From Podarcis cretensis (taxonomy: Eukaryota), in NCBI GenBank assembly GCA_951804945.1, contig OX638152.1, forward strand, positions 31,806,001 through 31,870,000: a stretch of 64,000 bases of DNA, written 5' to 3'. Under the pieces are notes generated by a model. The model did not search any database. It worked only from the letters and a program-made list of their open reading frames with translations, and was not told the origin of the DNA. How positions within the stretch are numbered: position 1 is the first letter of the stretch; the number at the start of each line of letters is the position of its first letter. Below are positions 53,681 through 64,000 of this stretch, piece by piece. Both the position numbers and the translations under genes were made by a program.

Positions 53681-54066
53681 TTATGGAGGCACAAAAGATA
53701 TCAATTTGCATAGCATCTTATACGCTAATTTATATTTCAAAATGCAGCTTTAGAAATTATTTCTACAATTTAAATAGAAATGGGGGGACGGGGCAGAAAT
53801 ATAATGCATCCCACCATAGTGGAGAAGACGGCAACCAAGTAGCTTGTATGCCTAGTCACTTTTCTGTCCGTGTGCTGCTCCCTGTTGATGGGTGACTTCA
53901 AAGTGCTTGCACAAACAGCGTGACAAATTCTAACATCTCGTTCGGTCTCAAAATGAGCAAAATTTATTTCTCAGGGCAGGGGTCCATCTAGGTTGTCACC
54001 AGGTTTTTCCTAAAGCACAGCTGGAGATCTGACTCTGCAACACTTCCCCCCTTAGGATGAAACAGA

Positions 54067-54136
54067 GAATCATAGAATTGTAGAGTTGTAGAGTTGGAAG
54101 GGACCCCGAGGGTCTAGTCCAACCCCCGGCAATGCA
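54067..54136 (-). mobile_element. CR1-type 3' tail fragment (LINE or partner SINE)
   Basis: gaatcatagaattgtagagttgtagagttggaagggacc...tctagtccaacc. Confidence 0.75.
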
Positions 54137-54207
54137 TGTTAGTTTTTGTCATGTAGCTCAGTCCTCTGTAGCTGAACTTCCCTTCACAAATAACTGGCAT
54201 GGATAGT

Positions 54208-54511
54208 GAAGAAGAAGAAGAGGAGGAGGAGGAGGAGGAGGAGGAGGAGGAGGAGGAGGAGGAGGAGGAGGAGGAGTTTGGACTTGATATCCTGCCTTTC
54301 ACTCCCCTTAAGGAGTCTCAAAGTGGCTAACAATCTCCTTTCCCTTCCTCCCGCACAACAAACACTCTGTGAGGTGAGTGGGGCTGAGAGACTTCAGAGA
54401 AGTGTGACTAGCCCAAGGTCACCCAGCAGCTGCATGTGGAGGAGCGGGGAAGCAAACCCGGTTGACCAGATTACGAGTCCACCACTCTTAACCACTACAC
54501 CACACTGGCTC
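54208..54511 (-). mobile_element. Squam3-like tRNA/CORE SINE with an expanded (CTC/TTC)n tail at 54208-54276
   Basis: Minus strand starts gagccagtgtggtgtagtggttaagag, contains CORE-like gggtgaccttgggctagtcac, and ends ccaaa plus a trinucleotide tail. Confidence 0.85.
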
Positions 54512-55456
54512 ATGGGGAATAAGCTGGATCTGGACCATGGGGTAGAGGGAACTTTAACACTCTCCCCACCAATGGTCACATGAAAAATCACCCCCTACCA
54601 TATACAAACATCTGCTTTCTCAATGACCCTTTACTGAAAGTATGGTGGCATCTCACCATTTTCACCCAGTTTCCTCACCTTTTTCACAAGGGAGTCAACC
54701 CCTAAATTTTCTTGAAAATTAGCTTTATTGTGGCAAGGATAACAGTATGGTTCATAATGCATTTACTGGTTTGGGGCTTAATAAAGGAAACAATTTACAT
54801 TTTTACAGTGAGTAGGTATAAATGCTCAGTGCAATTTTGACAGGATTCTCTCTCTCTTAAAATAAAAGAATATGCAGTAACCATACACAAAATGAAGAAT
54901 TATCTGATGTTCTCTTTAAAAAGCCATTTAGGTAGAAACTGCATCAAAGATACAAATTAGTTCTGCTCCTACACTGCTCAAACAAGCCACTAAAATACCA
55001 AGCTAATACAGATCCATGTGGGTATTGCTCTGACAAACAGCTTGTGAAGTCCCAAAGTAATAAATTGCTACACAGAGATATATCTGTCCCTAGAGGGAAA
55101 AAAACAAAATATTTTGTCTATAATGTATGGCACATAGTGTAGCAGACAAAATTATTAAAACCTACACTTTGAAGAGAAGGTCACTTAATAAACAATCTGT
55201 CAATAACAGCGGGCAGGACTGTAATGGAAATGAAATCAGTCACAAGCAGAAGAAAGAAATTAAAAGACACTGCAGATATATTGCAAAACAGGCAGGGCAA
55301 AATATGTAAACATCTGTAAAGACCCCACATTACCTTTTCTTGCAATCTCTCTTAAAATTGCCCCACATGCTGATCAATATAGAAAGGTGACAACTGACAT
55401 ATTGAGTCAATACCTGTTACTGTTTCTGAGTAGATATTTCTATGCAGGTACATCAA

Positions 55457-55681
55457 TTTGTTTGTTTGTTTGTTGCATTTATATCCTGCCTTTTTCTCCA
55501 TAGAGCTCAAGGTGCCTTCTCCCCCCTCCTCATTTAAGCCTCACAGCAACCCTGTGAGGCAGGTTAGGCTAAAAGTGAGTGACTGGCTCAAGGTCACCCA
55601 GTGAGCTTAATTGAGGAATGGGGATTCGAACCCTGGTCTCCCTGGTCCTAGTTCAGCACTCGAACCACTATTCAACACTGG
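55457..55681 (-). mobile_element. MIR/CORE-type SINE; further fragments near 18730 and 56945
   Basis: Reverse-complemented B box gggattcgaacc, CORE caaggtcacccagtgagctt and a (AAAC)n tail. Confidence 0.8.
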
Positions 55682-58600
55682 TTATTTAAGATACTAACAC
55701 ACAAACACACAAAAGCTAAGAAAAATTGCTAAACCTCTCAATACGCTTGCTGTTTCTCTGCTTCCTCACAATTACTTCTGTGTTTTGTCAAAGAGAAAAA
55801 TCTCCAAATTCACCATGGATTGGTTCTTCACTTGTGTCACTTCATCGGTGGTAGCCAATGGGACACCAGCTCAGCCCACCAAGAGCCCATCACAAGGTGG
55901 ACTTAAAATAGCTGCTCTGTGATTCAGTCAACCCTCCCTTGTTCCCGCTGCTTAGACCAGAGATAGACCAGATGTTGTTGAACCATAACTCCAAACAGCT
56001 ACAGCCAGCAAGACTGATGGACAAGGATGATGGAGTTGTACTCCAGGAACATCTGGAGGGCACCACGTTGGCTAACCCTGGCTTAGACAAAAGTTTTGCT
56101 GCTACCTATGGATTTTTTTTTAAAGTACTTTTATCTCTTGGACCAGCAATTAAAGAGTGAAATTGTCTCCACCGTGCCATATTTGAAATGCCAGACTGAG
56201 AATAAATAATATAAAACCTTTCAAAAACTTCCAGCTTTGTTTTGAAACTAATTAGACTTTTATACCTCTAATAGATGAAAGATTTCTTCTGATCTCCATT
56301 CTGAATTTCAGTAAGCAGTTTAAAGCAATATCCAAAGCGTTTGATGCAGAGCTGTATAAGCCCTTGGCTGTTCGCATGTAGCTGCTGCATTAGTGGACTT
56401 CATCCCTTGAGGCCGGGGGGACCCCAAGAGTTCACTGCGTAGGTCTTCAATGTACGTATATTTTAGGTTGAAAACAAACTAAAATGAATTAGGCACAGTT
56501 TTGTTTTTGCTAGTGTACTATAAATCATCATAATGCCTTGCAGTTCATTAATATGCCTCTCCAAATCATGTATCCGCTGGTATCAGCACAAAGAAGCCAC
56601 TCATCTTTATGTCATGATACTAATGAACCAACTGTATGGCATGTCAGGCTTAAAAAGAAGCAAAGTTTGTTTTAACTAGGCATCCAGTCCATTGGGATAT
56701 ATGCCCAAAGGCATATAATAGAGTTCTGCTTCTGAAGACAAGCAAGCCTAGCTCTCTAAATCCTGGGTGATTAATAAAAACTGATCAACATCTTGAGCAT
56801 AGTCTCTCATTTCTAATTTTGCCTCAGACAAAATCTGGTGGCAACCTAGATGGACCACCGTTTCCCTGACTAAGAAGGTTTGATAATCCAGGGGGCAAAG
56901 TAGATTTGATATTTGCCAGGTGCTTTTGCCCTGTGTAACAAAGAGAAGCAGTTTAGTGTAGTGGTCAGTGTTGGACTAGGACTTGAAGGACCAGGGTTCA
57001 AATCCATACTAGCCATGAAGCTCACATGCACAAATGGTCTCTCACAAATCTCCACCCTACTTGTGGGCAGAGAAACTGAGCAGGCCATTTCAATGATTAT
57101 TTTTTCTGGAGCTGAGGGTGGGGAGTGTCTCAACAGTTCTTGAGGATTTTGCAGAATTTTTGTTTGTGTGAATGGCTGAAAGTTGTATTTAGATTCTGGC
57201 ATTTAGTTGTAGCATCTTCCAGTTCATGGATGAGAAATCTGTGACCCTCCAAATCTTGCTTGACTACAACTTCTATCATTCCTGTCCATTGACTAAGCTG
57301 GCTGGTGCTGATGGGAGCTGTAGTTCAAAGCACATGGAAGGCACCAGGCTGATGAAGAATAGCACAGAGCCTTATATAGTACAATAATGACATTTCCTGG
57401 AATTGCATATTTCCCCCTGTGGCCTTACTTCAAATCACATATTGGGGAGTGCTTATCAGGATCAGTAAGCTGGGGACCTAAGTATAAAACACGTTGAAAA
57501 TCCCTCCCCTGTTTGTATTGTGCCATGAGCAGAAAGCCAAGCTACTTGCAAAGCATAATACATAGGCTGGCTTTTGTTTGAGTTAAATATCATGAACATC
57601 TCATAATTTCTTTTTTAAAAAGAGAGAGAGGCATTGGGTTAAGAAGGCATGTAGAAAATGTTCAAGTTGAGTCTGAATATCCAGGACTTCATATATGATT
57701 AGTCCCTGCGGTTATTATAACTGTTCTGTAATCTCCTGTCTCTGTAACTTCAATAATGGATTTAACGATAGAATTAGCATTAGCCAAATCAAGATGATCT
57801 TACAGCAGAGGGGCGGTTGCTGAGGGATTATTTCTGAGGGGTGGGGAGGGAAGGCTGGTGTGTGTGTGGGGGAAACGATAAGAATTGCAGTTTCTGTAAC
57901 TGCAGTGACCAGGATTTGGATATAGTCAGAAATGTTTTGCCATGTGGGAAATTAAAAACCAGCAAATACAAAATTGCTTATTTAAAAACAAAAACTGGCA
58001 ACAAAAACCCATGTTTGTTCAATTAAAGGGTCAGCCTTGGGAAGCTCAAATAGATTTTGTTTCCTTTACTACGAACCAAGGGAATGGCGGGGGGGGGGGG
58101 GGATAGATGCATCTATGTTGTAGGTAATTCTAATTAACCAATGACTGTAAAGGCACTTGTTCCACTTAAGCACAATGCAACACAATAGAAAATAGCCCTT
58201 CTTGTCTCAAGAATACACTCTGGGATACAAACCTGGTGAGAAAGTAGCTTGTAGCATCCACAGAGCATGTTCTTTCCCCTTTGTCATTAGCATACTGTAA
58301 ATAGCACCCACTGGGGGGGCTTTGTAGAAGGTTTCTGTTTTCCTTTTTTAAAGCTCATTTTTAGATTTCTTTGAGGTTTGTTGCGGTAAGCAGATGGAAG
58401 TCATGAAGCCACACTTGCCTTCATATTTTTTTTTTTCTTCCAGCGGAAAACATTACACTAATTATTTACTTCATTAATATAACTTTTGCCTACCACTGTG
58501 CTGGTTTTTTATTTTGTGCATGCTTTTGAATCTAAAATATTCATATAGACTAAATGGGTGGTGAGAGGAGGAGGAGGAATGACATTAAAAGTGATGTTAA

Positions 58601-60814
58601 ACTCAACCGCAAACTTGGACAGTTGCAGCTGGCATGAATAATTGTCAACACACACTTGTTATGTATTATTTCTGTCTCAGGATTGCATTCTGTAGCTCAG
58701 GGACAGCATGTGAGCTTTGTGTGCAGATGGTTTGAAGTTCAGTCTCTGGCATCTCCAGTTCAATGACCAAGTGGTGGGGTAGGTCCCCAGAGAGCCACTG
58801 CTAGTCAGAGTAGACTGGCAAGGCTAACTGTGGCCCTCCAGATGTTGTCAGACTGCAAAACCCATCATCCCTCGTCTTACGTCTGACAGATTCCCCCACC
58901 CCTAGCAGCAAATAAGTCTCCTTGAACAATCAAGGAAATGCACCACGCATCCCATTGTGTTACTTTTCCATGGGAGTTAGTAGTGAATAACTTTTGTTGG
59001 ATTGTGTGTCGAGTATGTGCTGAAACACGCCAGAATATACGACAATCATGGGCTATAACATCTATTAAACAGCAGAATACTCTGGGAAGTGCAGGTGTAT
59101 TGAGCCATGTGGAAAGCAGACTGTGCTTGAAACAGCAGAGGACCTGAACTCAAGAGCATAATGTGAAATATAATTAGAGGTGAGAATCCAAAGGGGAACA
59201 CTGAACCTTTAAGCTTCAGATGCCCCCTTTCTCTCATTCCCAGGAGTGCAGTGATCTAAAGATCTGCTGAGGGACCAATCAGGTTCACATTCCCTACCTG
59301 GACCTCTCACCTGTGTGCCCTTGCCTTTTTAAAATAAATATCGCAAAATCAGACTATCTTTTCCTGCCAGAGAACAAGATGGCAATTGAAGCCCATTTGT
59401 GCTTCTGAGAAAAACCCTTTAGACCTAGTTCCTCCCCCCTCTTAGAATTCTTTTAAGATATAACTTGAGTCTCTAAAAACTCTGCTGCACTGAAGCTCAA
59501 AACAGTTATAGTTATTGCCAGTGTAGTAGGTGTTGGCAATTTGTTCCATGCCGAGGTCCACACCAGCAATATATCACAAGCTGGAGCAAATGGAGCTGAC
59601 TCGACGTGATTAACATCATTTTCAGCAGGATGATAGATGGAAAGCTACTGTTGGTAGACACACTGTAGAGCAGAGTGTGAGCTGGGAATCAGAAAAGCCC
59701 TGCATAACACTTGGCCTATGCCATGAATTCACTAGGCAGCCTGGGATCAGGGATGGGGAATCTGTAGCCCTCCAGTTGTTGTTGGACTATAAGTCCCATC
59801 AACCCCAGCCAGTATGGCAAATGGCCAGCGAGGACAGTAGCTGTAGTCTGAGAGCTTCAAGTCCCCCGTTTCTGCCTTAAGTGGTAATATACTGGTACTG
59901 CTGATCCAACAAAGATTTCTGGCCATGCTGCATCTGTGCCAGGTCCAACCCCAGGCTCCTGCTCATGGTGGGGGGTCCTGGCATTCCCCCCCACATGGGG
60001 TTTGTGTGTGAGAACGCATGCCTGAGAGTTATTTCACACAAGGAAATGGTTAAGCTACACACACAAGCACATGCACACATGTGTTGCTCCTCCAAACATA
60101 GTTTTTCAGGTTTCAAAAGGGAAGCCGAGGTGATATTACAGGTAGCTCCATATGACATCCACTTTGGCCCTCATTCATATGTTATGAAAAATCATAATAG
60201 GTGAAGAAGCCATTTCTGTTATGTGTATCTGTCAGCATGGAGAGCTAGGAACGCTGAGAGATGAAAAGGGCTGGAATTGAACTTCTGATTACTTATCCTT
60301 TAGCAGGTTTCTTTTTCTGCCTCATATTTTTTACCCAGGTAATGATTACCTGAATACATTACTGTGAAGGATTTGCTCACCTTTTGCTGGTGATAAAATA
60401 GGGGTCAGCAGAGGGATCACTGCAGGCGCTTTGATCAAGGGGCCCTTGAGGACTGTAATCAAGACGGGCATTCATTGTTGATGTGAGTAGCACAGTAGGC
60501 CAACGATGGCATCAAAAGTAAGCCAGGGATATGTCCGGATAACTACATATTCTGTTATGTCAAGGGAAGACCAAGTTGATATGAAAAGAATTTTGCAAGG
60601 TTAAAAGTCGAACTGGGATTATAGCAGCAAGGCACGGGAGATGGTATGGAACTATATGTGGCCATCAAATTCTATAAGAGGTGCGGCATCAGTTATCAGG
60701 AAGGGAACAGGTGGGACAGGTGAGAGATTTTGAGGAAAGATATAGAGATGAGTTGCAGAGCCTGGAAGGGACCATTAGTCAGTGCACATCCTTTGCCTGC
60801 AAAAGGTCCCAGGT

Positions 60815-61085
60815 TCAGAACAGGGCAACCACAGTGGTCAGCGGGATGGAGCAACTACCCTATGCGGAAAGGCTACAGCATTTCGGGCTTTTTAGTTTAG
60901 AGAAAAGGCCAGTGAGAGATGATAAGAAGTTTATAAAATTATGTTGGAGGCAGTGTGCTTCTGAAAATTAGTTGCTGGAAACCATAACAGTTATGTTGTT
61001 GCATTCAGGACCTGCTTGTGTGCATCCCATAGGCATCTGGTTGGCCACTGTGAGAACAAGTTCCTGGAGTACATGGGCCACTTCT
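60815..61085 (+). mobile_element. Old CR1 fragment
   Basis: QNRATTVVSGMEQLPYAERLQHFGLFSLEKR matches the CR1 ORF2 C-terminus, followed by CR1-type 3' UTR. Confidence 0.8.
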
Positions 61086-62991
61086 TGTATTTCCAGTTAA
61101 AAGAGTAATTTCCATGTGGTCTCTCAGGCCCTTTATTAGATTTCAATTAGTGCCACCAAACACAAACCCTGTTCTAGGATTGATAGTCCTCCATTTGCAT
61201 CATAGAGCAGATTGTTGGAGGCGTCCTTAGCAAAGGGCATAAAATATTTGGAAGCAGGCAGGATTCTATAAAGCTTGGACTGAATATTACTTGGGCTTCG
61301 GCCCACAAACTATTAAATATGGAAAACCCCTGGAATAATCTATTAGCTTTCAGTGGAAATTCAGTTAAAGCCTACCCCAGAGTAAGTGGCTCATACATTT
61401 TAAGACTTGATGCTTGAATTTTTTGACAGTTACCTTAAAATAGACCTTTTGGAGGGGGAGAACGCAGTAGAAGGAGCTTAAGAAAATTGCAGGTGTATTT
61501 GAAGTGTAATGATACTCTGGGATGGGTTCAGATCTCCTTAGAAACTGAGGCTGAGCTTATCATTGTCAGTAATGCACATTTCTGGTACATGTCAAAATAC
61601 CAAAGTAGTTTGTCTCCAATTGTCAATGGATGACAATTGATGATGATGGATAATTTTGGAAGCCACTGTAAGATTGGTCTCTGCTTTGGAAAACTGCCTG
61701 GGTTACACTGCCAACTTGATGCATTTCGCAATAACTTCTTTCACCTTGTGTAAACTGAAATCTTGATGCTGGGAAAGTGGTCATTAGAACACAGATGTCT
61801 TCCTCATATCTGCTTATTGAGGAGATTTGTTCACAGAGAGCTTCCTCCCAGCTGTGACTTAGCAGCTCAAGGAGCCAGGGATTTTTTTTATTTTTTTTAT
61901 TTTTACTCTTGTCTGAGTAAAAAACGTCCTTTGAAATGTCTAGTCACATTGCACTTAGTAAGTGGACATGTGCAAGAAAGAAGCACATACTCTAGATACT
62001 TTCATTTTAATCAAAGAATTCAATGCTGAAGAAGCTGAGGCCGGCCCCACCATTAGACAGAGTGGGATTCTGGTCTCAGGTGGTAGATGGTGATGGCTGG
62101 GAAGCAGTGGCAGGGTGATGGTAGACAGAGTTGAGAGTGCCATGTAACCTGCCCTGTATCACTCAAGTGTAATGGAGGTAGTTGTCTCATTGTCAGTGTT
62201 CAAATAAGGTTCAGTTGCCCGTCTGATCACCATCTTGTTCTTTGCTTCAGACAGAAAAATGTCTTGGGCCAGCCTTGTTGTTGAGCAGGTCTGCACAACC
62301 TGTGATGCGCTAAGCTCAACCCACCACAAGAACCATGCATTGTCAAATGTCAGGTGCCTGTCAAGACCTCCATCCATCTTGGGAATACCAGTAGGGACAC
62401 AGAAAAAGCAGGATAATTTGTGAAAATTGGATGGTTCACTATACATGCAGCTGAGTTAGTTTGACTTAGGGGAGTTGCATGAACTTCAACTAGAGGCACC
62501 AACCACCACATTTCAAAACACATCAGGAAAGGCTTGTTGGCTCATCACCTCCTTTTGTACAGGACCTCTGAGATAGAATTATCTCAAATTCTCAATGCTG
62601 AGTTTACTCACATGGGGTCCCCCCCCATTTCTTATTACCCTTTGAAGAAGGGCTTTTTAAAAAACAGTTCCATTAACAATATGAATTATTCCCACAATTC
62701 TAAGCAATGCATTTCACAATCATTTCCATTATTATGCATAGTATAATGCACATATGTTATACTCATATACACTCCAGGTTTCCTGAAGAAACCAAGCATA
62801 TAATGGTATCAGTATACATTTTTGTGTACTTACTTTTCCTAATGTAACCAACAATGCATATACATTATTGTTTTTATCAATGTCAGTACTCAGAGTAGAT
62901 CCAATGTTTATTAACTTCAGTGGGTCTATTCTGAATAGTGTTAGCATGTCCTAGCAAAGACAGATGCAGAAGCTAAGTCTTCCCAAACAGT

Positions 62992-63358
62992 TAGGGATGG
63001 GAAAGAAATGTGTTAGGTTCACCGCTGAATGTGCCCCTATCCAATTTGCACTTGCCCTGCCAGAATGCAAACCAAAATACAGCAATTCTTCTTTGCCATC
63101 CATTGTTTTGTGGCACAGTTCTCTAGCCAAAGGAATGGATCCAATACAATGCATGCATTAGGAGAAAGCGCTTGCAAAAATCTGCAAATTAGACTAGAAT
63201 GTGTACGGAAATGTGTATGTTACGAGAAAAGTGTGTGAAATGCATACAAATTTTCATGTGGAGTTAAACAGATATGGATGTGGAATGGGGTGAGCTGAGC
63301 TTACGGCTAGGAAAATGAGAAACTGAGAGGAGCTAATGGACGCAATTGTCCATTCCTA
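62992..63358. mobile_element. hAT (Ac-like TAGGGATG termini) MITE
   Basis: Termini tagggatgg...ccattccta. TSD not preserved. Confidence 0.65.
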
Positions 63359-64000
63359 TGCACCATCTCGTTGGCTGCAGCACTTTCAAGCAGCAGCATG
63401 TTTAAATGTCCTTTACAAGTCACTGCTGTTTTCCCCAAATCCTGAGCAGGGGAGTCATTCTTAGGAGAAACCCTTCCTTGCTGTGTCATCGCCACTTGTA
63501 CCAGCTTTTCTGGAATGGAAGAACAAGAAGGGAAGCCTGAAGCTGCAACACAAATCCTGATTATTCTCATCAAGGATTCGCTGTCGTTGCTAAGCTACTG
63601 GCTTCTTTGAAGTATGGGACACATTAGGAGATCGTTAGGGTCTCAACGACTCTGGTTAATGTACAATATGTCTCCACGCTAAACTCACTAAAGAAATACA
63701 ACAAAAAAAGCCCAATAACCAAATGTCCTCAGCACACAGTTCAGGGCTAGTGAAGCTTCTATGTTTATTTTCAATGCCCTTTTCCAACTTCCAAATTATA
63801 CTGGATTGGTTGATTTTTTTACACAACAGAGTACTTATGAGAAAAGGGAAAGGAGACCTTTTTAGAAATGGCCTCAGAATTGCCAGATCTTACAGCAATA
63901 TAAGAGAGTACTGGGCAGGGAAGGCCCTCCAGATGTCATTAGCTACAACTCCCATCATTCCTGACCATTCACCATACTCAGTGGCATAGTGTGGGTTGCC

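Noticed and set aside
54114-54583. Poly-Arg and poly-Ser ORFs, and other homopolymeric ORFs (poly-V, poly-D, poly-I, YI repeats)
   Set aside because: Translations of microsatellites and SINE tails.
58493-58510. cactgtg next to ggtttttt, resembling a V(D)J RSS
   Set aside because: Wrong order and spacing for a 12/23 RSS.
1-64000. CRISPR array, operon, endogenous virus or intact transposase
   Set aside because: No regularly spaced repeat-spacer array, no viral or transposase ORF and no LTR pair was seen. The DNA is vertebrate non-coding sequence.

Overview
This is eukaryotic, CpG-depleted vertebrate DNA. The repeat landscape (Sauria SINEs, Bov-B, CR1 with (ATTCTATG)n tails, tRNA-Lys/CR1-tail SINEs, Squam3-like CORE SINEs, L2, L1, and many hAT, Tc1-mariner and Harbinger MITEs) points to a squamate, most likely a lacertid lizard (inference). 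I found no convincing host protein-coding exon, RNA gene or CRISPR array. Every recognisable protein ORF comes from a retrotransposon (CR1 ORF1/ORF2, L1 ORF2, L2 RT, Bov-B), so the window looks like a large intron or gene desert. The best-supported unusual structure is a Bov-B (RTE-clade) insertion with an inverted 5' segment in twin-priming geometry, bounded by an 11-bp TSD and sitting in the RT motif of an older L2. Also notable are a young CR1 with an internal deletion, TSD-flanked young Sauria SINEs, nested insertions that give a relative chronology, several repeat-free motif-rich islands that may be conserved enhancers, a candidate 21-nt microexon, and a palindromic AG|GT site. I cannot support a new multi-gene system from this sequence. 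Family names come from recall, not database searches, and the boundaries of old elements are approximate.
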